This document shows, in pieces, positions 38,301-51,100 of a stretch of DNA of 64,000 nt. A program made the translations under genes and the position numbers. The notes beneath the pieces were generated by a model. The model saw only the letters and a program-made list of their open reading frames with translations. It had not been told where the DNA came from and did no database searches. The stretch comes from Eledone cirrhosa (taxonomy: Eukaryota): contig OZ024741.1 in NCBI GenBank assembly GCA_964016885.1, positions 7,316,001-7,380,000 of the forward strand, read 5' to 3'. The stretch's first letter is position 1, and every line of letters starts with the position of its first letter.

Positions 38301-39129
38301 TAGGGGTGATGGGTTCACAATGGTAAGGTGGTGTTTTGTGAAGTCGGTGGTTTAGTGGTTAGGGGTGATGGGTTCACTATAGTAAGGTAGTGTGTTGTGA
38401 AGGTCGATGGTTTAGTGGTTAGGAGTGATGGGTTCACAATAGTACGGTGGTGTGTTCTGAAGGTCGGTGGTTTAGTGGTTAGGGGTGATGGGTTCACAAT
38501 GGTATGGTGTGTGTTGTGAAAGTCGCTGGTTTAGTGGGTAGGGGAGATGGGTTCACAATAGTAGGGTGGTGTGTTGTGAAGGTCGGTGGTTTAGTGGTTA
38601 GGGGTGATGGGTTAACAATAGTGAGGTGGTGTGTTGTGAAGGTCGGTGGTTTAGTGGTTAGGGGTGATGGGTTAACAATCGTAAGGTGGTGTGTTGTGAA
38701 GGTCGGTGGTTTAGAGGCTAGGGGTGATGGGTTCAGAATAGTAAGGTGGTGTGTTGTGAAGGTCGGTGGTTCCGTGGTTAGGGGTGATGGGTTCAGAATA
38801 TTAAGGTGGTGTGTTGTGAAGGTCGGTGGTTTAGTGGTTAGGGGTGACGGGTTCACAATGGTAAGGTGGTGTGATGTGAAGGTCGGTGGTTTAGAGGTTA
38901 TGGGTGATGGGTTCAGAATAGTAAGGTGGTGTGTTGTGAAGGTCGGTGGTTTAGTGGTTAGGGGTGATGGGTTCAGAATAGTAAGGTGGTGTGTTGTGAA
39001 TGTCGGTGGTTAGTGGTTAGGGGTGACGGGTTCACAATGGTAAGGTGGTGTGTTGTGAAGGTCGGTTATTTAGTGGTTAGGTGTGATGGGTTCACAATGG
39101 TAAGGCGGGATGTTGTGAAGGTCGGAGGT

Positions 39130-42100
39130 TTAGTGATTAGGGGTGATGGGTTCACAATGGTAAGCTGGTGTGTTGTGAAGGTCGGTGGTTTAGTGGTTAG
39201 GGGTGATGGGTTCACAATGGTAAGGTCGTGTGTTGTGAAGGTCGGTGGTTTAGTTGTTAGGGGTGATGGGTTCACAATGGTAAGGTGATGTGTTGTGAAG
39301 GTCGGTGGTTTAGTGGTTAGTGGTGATGGGTTCACAATGGTATGGTCGTGTGTTGTGATGGTCGGTTGTTTAGTGGTTAGGGGTGATGGGTTCACAATTG
39401 TATGGTCGTGTGTTGTGAAGGTCGGTTGTTTAGTGGTTAGGTGTGATGGGTTCACAATGGTAAGGTGGTGTGTTGTGAAGGTCGGTGGTTTAGTGGTTAG
39501 GGGTGATGGGTTCACAATGTTAAGGCGGGATGTTGTGAAGGTCGGTGGTTTAGTGGTTAAGGGTGATGGGTTCACAATGGTATGGTCGTGTGTTGTGAAG
39601 GTCGGTTGTTTAGTGGTTAGGTGTGATGGGTTCACAATGGTAAGGTGGTGTGTTGTGAAGGTCGGTGGTTTAGTGGTTAGGGGTGATGGGTTCACAATGG
39701 TAAGGTGGTGTGTTTTGAAGGTCGGTGGTTTAGTGGTTAGGGGAGATGGGTTCACAATAGTGAGGTGGTGTGTTGTGAAGGTCGGTACTTTAGTTGTTAG
39801 GGGTGATGGGTTCACAATGGTAAGGTGGTGTGTTGTGAAGGTCGGTGGTTTAGTGGTTAGGAGTGATGGGTTCACAATGGTAAGGTGGTGTGTTGTGAAG
39901 GTCGGTGGTTTAGTGGTTAGGGGTGATGGGTTCACAATGGTAATGTGGTGTGTTGTGAAGGTCGGTGGTTTAGTGGTTAGGGGTGATGGGTTCACAATGG
40001 TAAGGTGGTGTGTCTTGAAGGGGTGGTGGTTTAGTGGTTAGGGGTGATGGGTTCACAATGGTAATGCGGGATGTTGTGATGGTCGGTGGTTTAGTGGTTA
40101 GGGGTGATGGGTTCACAATGGTAAGGTGGTGTTTTGTGAAGTCGGTGGTTTAGTGGTTAGGGGTGATGGGTTCACAATGGTAAGGTCGTGTGCTGTGAAG
40201 GTCGGTGGTTTAGTGGTCAGGTGTGATGGGTTCACTATAGTAAGGTAGTGTGTTGTGAAGGTCGATGGTTTAGTGGTTAGGAGTGATGGGTTCACAATAG
40301 TACGGTGGTGTGTTCTGAAGGTCGGTGGTTTAGTGGTTAGGCGTGATGGGTTCACAATGGTATGGTGTGTGTTGTGAAAGTCGGTGGTTTAGAGGTTAGG
40401 GGTGATGGGTTCAGAATAGTAAGGTGGTGTGTTGTGAAGGTCGGTGGTTTCGTGGTTAGGGGTGATGGGTTCAGAATAGTAAGGTGGTGTGTTGTGAAGG
40501 TCGGTGGTTTAGTGGTTAGGGGTGACGGGTTCACAATGGTAAGGTGGTGTGTTGTAAAGGTCGGTGGTTTAGTGGTTAGTGGTGATGGGTTCACAATGGT
40601 ATGGTCGTGTGTTGTGAAGGTCGGTGGTTTAGTGGTTAGGGGAGATGGGTTCACAATAGTGACGTGGTGTGTTGTGAAGGTCGGTGGTTTTGTGGTTAGG
40701 GGTGATGGTTCACAATGGTAAGATGGTGTGTAGTGAAGGTCGGTGGTTTAGTGGTTAGGGGTGATGGGTTCACAATGGTAAGGTGGTGTGTTGTGAAGGT
40801 CGGTGGTTTTGTGGTTAGGGGTGATGGGTTCACAATGTTAAGGCGGGATGTTGTGAAGGTCGGTGGTTTCGTGGTTAAGGGTGATGGGTTCAAAATAGTA
40901 AGGTGGTGTGTTGTGAAGGTCGGTGGTTTAGTGGTTAGGGGTGATGGGTTCAGAATAGTAAGGTGGTGTGTTGTAAAGGTCGGTGGTTTAGTGGTTAGGG
41001 GAGATGGGTTCACAATAGTGAGGTGGTGTGTTGTGAAGGTCGGTGGTTTTGTGGTTAGGGGTGATGGGTTCACAATGGTAAGGCGGTGTGTTGTGAATGT
41101 CGGTGGTTTAGTGGTTAGGGGTGATGGGTTCAGAATAGTAAGGTGGTGTGTTGTGAAGGTTGGTGGTTTTGTGGTTAGGCGTGATGTATTCGCAATGGTA
41201 AGGTGGTGTGTTCTGAAGGTCGGTGGTTTAGTGGTTAGGGGTGATGGGTTCACAATAGTTAGGTGGTGTGTTGTGAAGGTCGGTGGTTTAGTGGTTAGGG
41301 TTGATGGGTTCACAATGGTAAGGTGGTGTGTTTTGAAGTCGGTGGCTTAGTGGTTAGGGGTGATGGGTTCACAATGGTAAGGTGGTGTGTTGTGAAGGTC
41401 GGTGGTTTAGTGGTTAGGAGTGAGGGGTTCACAATAGTAAGGTGGTGTGTTGTGAAGGTCGGTGGTTTAGTGGTTAGGGGTGATGGGTTCACAATGGTAT
41501 GGTGTTGTGTTGTGAAAGTCGGTGGTATTGTGGTTAGGGGAGATGGGTTCACAATAGTAGGGTGGTGTGTTGTGAAGGTCGGTGGTTTAGTGGTTAGTGG
41601 TGATGGGTTCACAATGGTATGGTCGTGTGTTGTGAAGGTCGGTGGTTTAGTGGTTAGGGGAGATGGGTTCACAATAGTGACGTGGTGTGTTGTGAAGGTC
41701 GGTGGTTTTGTGGTTAGGGGTGATGGTTCACAATGGTAAGATGGTGTGTAGTGAAGGTCGGTGGTTTAGTGGTTAGGGGTGATGGGTTCACAATGGTAAG
41801 GTGGTGTGTTGTGAAGGTCGGTGGTTTTGTGGTTAGGGGTGATGGGTTCACAATGGTAAGGTGGTGTGTTTTGAAGTCGGTGGCTTAGTGGTTAGGGGTG
41901 ATGGGTTCACAATGGTAAGGTGGTGTGTTGTGAAGGTCGGTGGTTTAGTGGTTAGGAGTGAGGGGTTCACAATAGTAAGGTGGTGTGTTGTGAAGGTCGG
42001 TGGTTTAGTGGTTAGAGGTGATGGGTTCAGAATAGTAAGGTGGTGTGTTGTGAAGGTCGGTGGTTTAGTGGTTAGGGGTGATGGGTTCAGAATAGTAAGG

Positions 42101-45100
42101 TGGTGTGTTGTGAAGGTCGGTGGTTTAGTGGTTAGGGGTGATGGGTTCAGAATAGTAAGGTGGTGTGTTGTGAAGGTCGGTGGTTTAGTGGTTAGGGGTG
42201 ATGGGTTCAGAATTGTAAGGTGGTGTGTTGTGAAGGTCGGTGGTTTAGTGGTTAGGGGTGATGGGTTCAGAATAGTAAGGTGGTGTGTTGTGAAGGTCGG
42301 TGGTATAGTGGTTAGGAGTGACAGGTTCACAATAGTAAGGTGGTGTGTTGTGAAGGTCGGTGGTTTAGTGGTTAGGGGTGACGGGTTCACAATATTAAGG
42401 TGGTGTGTTGTGAAAGTCGGTGGTTTAGTGGTTAGGGGTGATGGGTTCACAATAGTAAGGTGGTGTGTTGTGAAGGTCGGTGGTTTAGTGGTTAGGGGTG
42501 ACGGGTTCACAACGTTAAGGTGGTGTGTTGTGAAGGTCGGTGGTTTGGTGGTTAGGGGTGATGGGTTCAGAATGGTAAGGTGGTGTGTTGTGAAGGTCGG
42601 TGGTTTAGTGGTTAGGGTGATGGGTTCACAATAGTAAGGTGGTGTGTTGTGAAGGTCGGTGGTTTAGTGGTTAGGGGTGACGGGTCCACAATGGTAAGGT
42701 GGTGTCTTGTGAAGGTCGGTGGTTTAGTGGTTAGGGGTGATGGGTTCACAATGGTAAGGCGGGATGTTGTGAAGGTCGGAGGTTTAGTCATTAGGGGTGA
42801 TGGGTTCACAATGGTAAGGTGGTGTGTGGTGAAGGTCGGTGGTTTAGTGGTTAGGGGTGATGGGTTCACAAAGGTAAGGTGGTGTGTTGTGAAGGTCGGT
42901 GGTTTAGTGGTTAGGGGTGATGGGTTCACAATGGTAAGGCGGGATGTTGTGAAGGTCGGAGGTTTAGTGATTAGGGGTGATGGGTTCACAATGGTAAGGT
43001 GGTGTGTGGTGAAGGTCGGTGGTTTAGTGGTTAGAGGTGATGGTTTCACAATGGTAAGGTGGTGTGTTGTGAAGGTCGGTGGTTTAGTGGTTAGGGGTGA
43101 TGGGTTCACAATGGTAAAATGGTGTGTTGTGAAGGTCGGTGGTTCAGTGGTTAGGAGTGAAGGGTTCACAATGGTAAGGTGGTGTGTTGTGAAGGTCGGT
43201 GGTTTAGTGGTTAGAGGTGATGGGTTCACAATGATAAGGTGGTGTGTTGTGAAGGTCGGTGGTTTAGTAGTTAGGGGTAATGAGTTCACGAGAGTACGGT
43301 GGTGTGTTGTGAAGGTCGGTAGTTTAGAAGTTAGGGGTGATGGGTTCACAATGGTAAGGTGGTGTGTTGTGAAGGTCGGTGGTTTAGTGGTTAGGGGTGA
43401 TGGGTTCACAATGGTAAGCTGGTGTGTTGTGAAGGTCGGTGGTTTAGTGGTTAGGGGTGATGGGTTCACAATGGTAAGGTCGTGTGTTGTGAAGGTCGGT
43501 GGTTTAGTTGTTAGGGGTGATGGGTTCACAATGGTAAGGTGATGTGTTGTGAAGGTCGGTGGTTTAGTGGTTAGTGGTGATGGGTTCACAATGGTATGGT
43601 CGTGTGTTGTGATGGTCGGTTGTTTAGTGGTTAGGGGTGATGGGTTCACAATTGTATGGTCGTGTGTTGTGAAGGTCGGTGGTTTAGTGGTTAGGTGTGA
43701 TGGGTTCACAATGGTAAGGTGGTGTGTTGTGAAGGTCGGTGGTTTAGTGGTTAGGGGTGATGGGTTCACAATGTTAAGGCGGGATGTTGTGAAGGTCGGT
43801 GGTTTAGTGGTTAAGGGTGATGGGTTCACAATGGTATGGTCGTGTGTTGTGAAGGTCGGTTGTTTAGTGGTTAGGTGTGATGGGTTCACAATGGTAAGGT
43901 GGTGTGTTGTGAAGGTCGGTGGTTTAGTGGTTAGGGGTGATGGGTTCACAATGGTAAGGTGGTGTGTTTTGAAGGTCGGTGGTTTAGTGGTTAGGGGTGA
44001 TGGGTTCATAATGGTATGGTGTTGTGGTGTGAAAGTCGGTGGTTTAGTGGTTATGGGAGATGGGTTCACAATAGTAGGGTGGTGTGTTGTGAAGGTCGGT
44101 GGTTTAGTGGTTAGGGGAGATGGGTTCACAATAGTGAGGTGGTGTGTTGTGAAGGTCGTTACTTTAGTTGTTAGGGGTGATGGGTTCACAATGGTAAGGT
44201 GGTGTGTTGTGAAGGTCGGTGGTTTAGTGGTTAGGAGTGATGGGTTCACAATGGTAAGGTGGTGTGTTGTGAAGGTCGGTGGTTTAGTGGTTAGGGGTGA
44301 TGGGTTCACAATGGTAATGTGGTGTGTTGTGAAGGTCGGTGGTTTAGTGGTTAGGGGTGATGGGTTCACAATGGTAAGGTGGTGTGTCTTGAAGGGGTGG
44401 TGGTTTAGTGGTTAGGGGTGATGGGTTCACAATGGTAATGCGGGATGTTGTGATGGTCGGTGGTTTAGTGGTTAGGGGTGATGGGTTCACAATGGTAAGG
44501 TGGTGTTTTGTGAAGTCGGTGGTTTAGTGGTTAGGGGTGATGGGTTCACAATGGTAAGGTCGTGTGCTGTGAAGGTCGGTGGTTTAGTGGTCAGGAGTGA
44601 TGGGTTCACTATAGTAAGGTAGTGTGTTGTGAAGGTCGATGGTTTAGTGGTTAGGAGTGATGGGTTCACAATAGTACGGTGGTGTTTTCTGAAGGTCGGT
44701 GGTTTAGTGGTTAGGCGTGATGGGTTCACAATGGTATGGTGTGTGTTGTGAAAGTCGGTGGTTTAGAGGTTAGGGGTGATGGGTTCAGAATAGTAAGGTG
44801 GTGTGTTGTGAAGGTCGGTGGTTTCGTGGTTAGGGGTGATGGGTTCAGAATAGTAAGGTGGTGTGTTGTGAAGGTCGGTGGTTTAGTGGTTAGGGGTGAC
44901 GGGTTCACAATGGTAAGGTGGTGTGTTGTGAAGGTCGGTGGTTTAGTGGTTAGTGGTGATGCGTTCACAATGGTATGGTCGTGTGTTGTGAAGGTCGGTG
45001 GTTTAGTGGTTAGGGGAGATGGGTTCACAATAATGACGTGGTGTGTTGTGAAGGTCGGTGGTTTTGTGGTTAGGGGTGATGGTTCACAATGGTAAGATGG

Positions 45101-48100
45101 TGTGTAGTGAAGGTCGGTGGTTTAGTGGTTAGGGGTGATGGGTTCACAATGGTAAGGTGGTGTGTTGTGAAGGTCGGTGGTTTTGTGGTTAGGGGTGATG
45201 GGTTCACAATGTTAAGGCGGGATGTTGTGAAGGTCGGTGGTTTCGTGGTTAGGGGTGATGGGTTCACAATAGTGAGGTGGTGTGTTGTGAAGGTCGGTGT
45301 TTTTGTGGTTAGGGGTGATGGGTTCACAATGGTAAGGCGGTGTGTTGTGAATGTCGGTGGTTTAGTGGTTAGGGGTGATGGGTTCAGAATAGTAAGGTGG
45401 TGTGTTGTGAAGGTCGGTGGTTTTGTGGTTAGGCGTGATGTATTCGCAATGGTAAGGTGGTGTGTTCTGAAGGTCGGTGGTTTAGTGGTTAGGGGTGATG
45501 GGTTCACAATAGTTAGGTGGTGTGTTGTGAAGGTCGGTGGTTTAGTGGTTAGGGTTGATGGGTTCACAATGGTAAGGTGGTGTGTTTTGAAGTCGGTGGC
45601 TTAGTGGTTAGGGGTGATGGGTTCACAATGGTAAGGTGGTGTGTTGTGAAGGTCGGTGGTTTAGTGGTTAGGAGTGAGGGGTTCACAATAGTAAGGTGGT
45701 GTGTTGTGAAGGTCGGTGGTTTAGTGGTTAGGGGTGATGGGTTCACAATGGTATGGTGTTGTGTTGTGAAAGTCGGTGGTATTGTGGTTAGGGGAGATGG
45801 GTTCACAATAGTAGGGTGGTGTGTTGTGAAGGTCGGTGGTTTAGTGGTTAGTGGTGATGGGTTCACAATGGTATGGTCGTGTGTTGTGAAGGTCGGTGGT
45901 TTAGTGGTTAGGGGAGATGGGTTCACAATAGTGACGTGGTGTGTTGTGAAGGTCGGTGGTTTTGTGGTTAGGGGTGATGGTTCACAATGGTAAGATGGTG
46001 TGTAGTGAAGGTCGGTGGTTTAGTGGTTAGGGGTGATGGGTTCACAATGGTAAGGTGGTGTGTTGTGAAGGTCGCTGGTTTTGTGGTTAGGGGTGGTGGG
46101 TTCACAATGTTAAGGCGGGATGTTGTGAAGGTCGGTGGTTTCGTGGTTAAGGGTGATGGGTTCAAAATAGTAAGGTGGTGTGTTGTGAAGGTCGGTGGTT
46201 TAGTGGTTAGGGGTGATGGGTTCAGAATAGTAAGGTGGTGTGCTGTAAAGGTCGGTGGTTTAGTGGTTAGGGGAGATGGGTTCACAATAGTGAGGTGGTG
46301 TGTTGTGAAGGTCGGTGGTTTTGTGGTTAGGGGTGATGGGTTCACAATGGTAAGGCGGTGTGTTGTGAATGTCGGTGGTTTAGTGGTTAGGGGTGATGGG
46401 TTCAGAATAGTAAGGTGGTGTCTTGTGAAGGTCGGTGGTTTTGTGGTTAGGCGTGATGTATTCGCAATGGTAAGGTGGTGTGTTCTGAAGGTCGGTGGTT
46501 TAGTGGTTAGGGGTGATGGGTTCACAATAGTTAGGTGGTGTGTTGTGAAGGTCGGTGGTTTAGTGGTTAGGGTTGATGGGTTCACAATGGTAAGGTGGTG
46601 TGTTTTGAAGTCGGTGGTTTAGTGGTTAGGGGTGATGGATTCACAATGGTATGGTGTTGTGTTGTGAAAGTCGGTGGTATTGTGGTTAGGGGAGATGGGT
46701 TCACAATAGTAGGGTGGTGTGTTGTGAAGGTCGGTGGTTTAGTGGTTAGGGGTGATGGGTTCAGAATAGTAAGGTGGTGTGTTGTGAAGGTCGGTGGTTT
46801 AGTGGTTAGAGGTGATGGGTTCAGAATAGTAAGGTGGTGTGTTGTGAAGGTCGGTGGTTTAGTGGTTAGGGGTGATGGGTTCAGAATAGTAAGATGGTGT
46901 GTTGTGAAGGTCGGTGGTTTAGTGGTTAGGGGTGATGGGTTCAGAATAGTAAGGTGGTGTGTTGTGAAGGTCGGTGGTTTAGTGGTTAGGGGTGATGGGT
47001 TCAGAATTGTAAGGTGGTGTGTTGTGAAGGTCGGTGGTTTAGTGGTTAGGGGTGATGGGTTCAGAATAGTAAGGTGGTGTGTTGTGAAGGTCGGTGGTAT
47101 AGTGGTTAGGAGTGACGGGTTCACAATAGTAAGGTGGTGTGTTGTGAAGGTCGGTGGTTTAGTGTTTAGGGGTGACGGGTTCACAATATTAAGGTGGTGT
47201 GTTGTGAAAGTCGGTGGTTTAGTGGTTAGGGGTGATGGGTTCACAATAGTAAGGTGGTGTGTTGTGAAGGTCGGTGGTTTAGTGGTTAGGGGTGACGGGT
47301 TCACAATGTTAAGGTGGTGTGTTGTGAAGGTCGGTGGTTTAGTGGTTAGGGGTGATGGGTTCAGAATGGTAAGGTGGTGTGTTGTGAAGGTCGGTGGTTT
47401 AGTGGTTAGGGGTGATGGGTTCACAATAGTAAGGTGGTGTGTTGTGAAGGTCGGTGGTTTAGTGGTTAGGGGTGACGGGTCAACAATGGTAAGGTGGTGT
47501 CTTGTGAAGGTCGGTCGTTTAGTGGTTAGGGGTGATGGGTTCACAATGGTAAGGCGGGATGTTGTGAAGGTCGGAGGTTTAGTCATTAGGGGTGATGGGT
47601 TCACAATGGTAAGGTGTTGTGTGGTGAAGGTCGGTGGTTTAGTGGTTAGGGGTGATGGGTTCACAAAGGTAAGGTGGTGTGTTGTGAAGGTCGGTGGTTT
47701 AGTAGTTAGGGGTAATGAGTTCACGAGAGTACGGTGGTGTGTTGTGAAGGTCGGTAGTTTAGAAGTTAGGGGTGATGGGTTCACAATGGTAAGGTGGTGT
47801 GTTGTGAAGGTCGGTGGTTTAGTGGTTAGGGGTGATGGGTTCACAATGGTAAGCTGGTGTGTTGTGAAGGTCGGTGGTTTAGTGGTTAGGGGTGATGGGT
47901 TCACAATGGTAAGGTCGTGTGTTGTGAAGGTCGGTGGTTTAGTTGTTAGGGGTGATGGGTTCACAATGGTAAGGTGATGTGTTGTGAAGGTCGGTGGTTT
48001 AGTGGTTAGTGGTGATGGGTTCACAATGGTATGGTCGTGTGTTGTGATGGTCGGTTGTTTAGTGGTTAGGGGTGATGGGTTCACAATTGTATGGTCGTGT

Positions 48101-51100
48101 GTTGTGAAGGTCGGTGGTTTAGTGGTTAGGTGTGATGGGTTCACAATGGTAAGGTGGTGTGTTGTGAAGGTCGGTGGTTTAGTGGTTAGGGGTGATGGGT
48201 TCACAATGTTAAGGCGGGATGTTGTGAAGGTCGGTGGTTTAGTGGTTAAGGGTGATGGGTTCACAATGGTATGGTCGTGTGTTGTGAAGGTCGGTTGTTT
48301 AGTGGTTAGGTGTGATGGGTTCACAATGGTAAGGTGGTGTGTTGTGAAGGTCGGTGGTTTAGTGGTTAGGGGTGATGGGTTCACAATGGTAAGGTGGTGT
48401 GTTTTGAAGGTCGGTGGTTTAGTGGTTAGGGGTGATGGGTTCATAATGGTATGGTGTTGTGGTGTGAAAGTCGGTGGTTTAGTGGTTATGGGAGATGGGT
48501 TCACAATAGTAGGGTGGTGTGTTGTGAAGGTCGGTGGTTTAGTGGTTAGGGGAGATGGGTTCACAATAGTGAGGTGGTGTGTTGTGAAGGTCGGTACTTT
48601 AGTTGTTAGGGGTGATGGGTTCACAATGGTAAGGTGGTGTGTTGTGAAGGTCGGTGGTTTAGTGGTTAGGAGTGATGGGTTCACAATGGTAAGGTGGTGT
48701 GTTGTGAAGGTCGGTGGTTTAGTGGTTAGGGGTGATGGGTTCACAATGGTAATGTGGTGTGTTGTGAAGGTCGGTGGTTTAGTGGTTAGGGGTGATGGGT
48801 TCACAATGGTAAGGTGGTGTGTCTTGAAGGGGTGGTGGTTTAGTGGTTAGGGGTGATGGGTTCACAATGGTAATGCGGGATGTTGTGATGGTCGGTGGTT
48901 TAGTGGTTAGGGGTGATGGGTTCACAATGGTAAGGTGGTGTTTTGTGAAGTCGGTGGTTTAGTGGTTAGGGGTGATGGGTTCACAATGGTAAGGTCGTGT
49001 GCTGTGAAGGTCGGTGGTTTAGTGGTCAGGAGTGATGGGTTCACTATAGTAAGGTAGTGTGTTGTGAAGGTCGATGGTTTAGTGGTTAGGAGTGATGGGT
49101 TCACAATAGTACGGTGGTGTTTTCTGAAGGTCGGTGGTTTAGTGGTTAGGCGTGATGGGTTCACAATGGTATGGTGTGTGTTGTGAAAGTCGGTGGTTTA
49201 GAGGTTAGGGGTGATGGGTTCAGAATAGTAAGGTGGTGTGTTGTGAAGGTCGGTGGTTTCGTGGTTAGGGGTGATGGGTTCAGAATAGTAAGGTGGTGTG
49301 TTGTGAAGGTCGGTGGTTTAGTGGTTAGGGGTGACGGGTTCACAATGGTAAGGTGGTGTGTTGTGAAGGTCGGTGGTTTAGTGGTTAGTGGTGATGCGTT
49401 CACAATGGTATGGTCGTGTGTTGTGAAGGTCGGTGGTTTAGTGGTTAGGGGAGATGGGTTCACAATAATGACGTGGTGTGTTGTGAAGGTCGGTGGTTTT
49501 GTGGTTAGGGGTGATGGTTCACAATGGTAAGATGGTGTGTAGTGAAGGTCGGTGGTTTAGTGGTTAGGGGTGATGGGTTCACAATGGTAAGGTGGTGTGT
49601 TGTGAAGGTCGGTGGTTTTGTGGTTAGGGGTGATGGGTTCACAATGTTAAGGCGGGATGTTGTGAAGGTCGGTGGTTTCGTGGTTAGGGGTGATGGGTTC
49701 ACAATAGTGAGGTGGTGTGTTGTGAAGGTCGGTGTTTTTGTGGTTAGGGGTGATGGGTTCACAATGGTAAGGCGGTGTGTTGTGAATGTCGGTGGTTTAG
49801 TGGTTAGGGGTGATGGGTTCAGAATAGTAAGGTGGTGTGTTGTGAAGGTCGGTGGTTTTGTGGTTAGGCGTGATGTATTCGCAATGGTAAGGTGGTGTGT
49901 TCTGAAGGTCGGTGGTTTAGTGGTTAGGGGTGATGGGTTCACAATAGTTAGGTGGTGTGTTGTGAAGGTCGGTGGTTTAGTGGTTAGGGTTGATGGGTTC
50001 ACAATGGTAAGGTGGTGTGTTTTGAAGTCGTTGGCTTAGTGGTTAGGGGTGATGGGTTCACAATGGTAAGGTGGTGTGTTGTGAAGGTCGGTGGTTTAGT
50101 GGTTAGGAGTGAGGGGTTCACAATAGTAAGGTGGTGTGTTGTGAAGGTCGGTGGTTTAGTGGTTAGGGGTGATGGGTTCACAATGGTATGGTGTTGTGTT
50201 GTGAAAGTCGGTGGTATTGTGGTTAGGGGAGATGGGTTCACAATAGTAGGGTGGTGTGTTGTGAAGGTCGGTGGTTTAGTGGTTAGTGGTGATGGGTTCA
50301 CAATGGTATGGTCGTGTGTTGTGAAGGTCGGTGGTTTAGTGGTTAGGGGAGATGGGTTCACAATAGTGACGTGGTGTGTTGTGAAGGTCGGTGGTTTTGT
50401 GGTTAGGGGTGATGGTTCACAATGGTAAGATGGTGTGTAGTGAAGGTCGGTGGTTTAGTGGTTAGGGGTGATGGGTTCACAATGGTAAGGTGGTGTGTTG
50501 TGAAGGTCGCTGGTTTTGTGGTTAGGGGTGGTGGGTTCACAATGTTAAGGCGGGATGTTGTGAAGGTCGGTGGTTTCGTGGTTAAGGGTGATGGGTTCAA
50601 AATAGTAAGGTGGTGTGTTGTGAAGGTCGGTGGTTTAGTGGTTAGGGGTGATGGGTTCAGAATAGTAAGGTGGTGTGCTGTAAAGGTCGGTGGTTTAGTG
50701 GTTAGGGGAGATGGGTTCACAATAGTGAGGTGGTGTGTTGTGAAGGTCGGTGGTTTTGTGGTTAGGGGTGATGGGTTCACAATGGTAAGGCGGTGTGTTG
50801 TGAATGTCGGTGGTTTAGTGGTTAGGGGTGATGGGTTCAGAATAGTAAGGTGGTGTCTTGTGAAGGTCGGTGGTTTTGTGGTTAGGCGTGATGTATTCGC
50901 AATGGTAAGGTGGTGTGTTCTGAAGGTCGGTGGTTTAGTGGTTAGGGGTGATGGGTTCACAATAGTTAGGTGGTGTGTTGTGAAGGTCGGTGGTTTAGTG
51001 GTTAGGGTTGATGGGTTCACAATGGTAAGGTGGTGTGTTTTGAAGTCGGTGGTTTAGTGGTTAGGGGTGATGGATTCACAATGGTATGGTGTTGTGTTGT

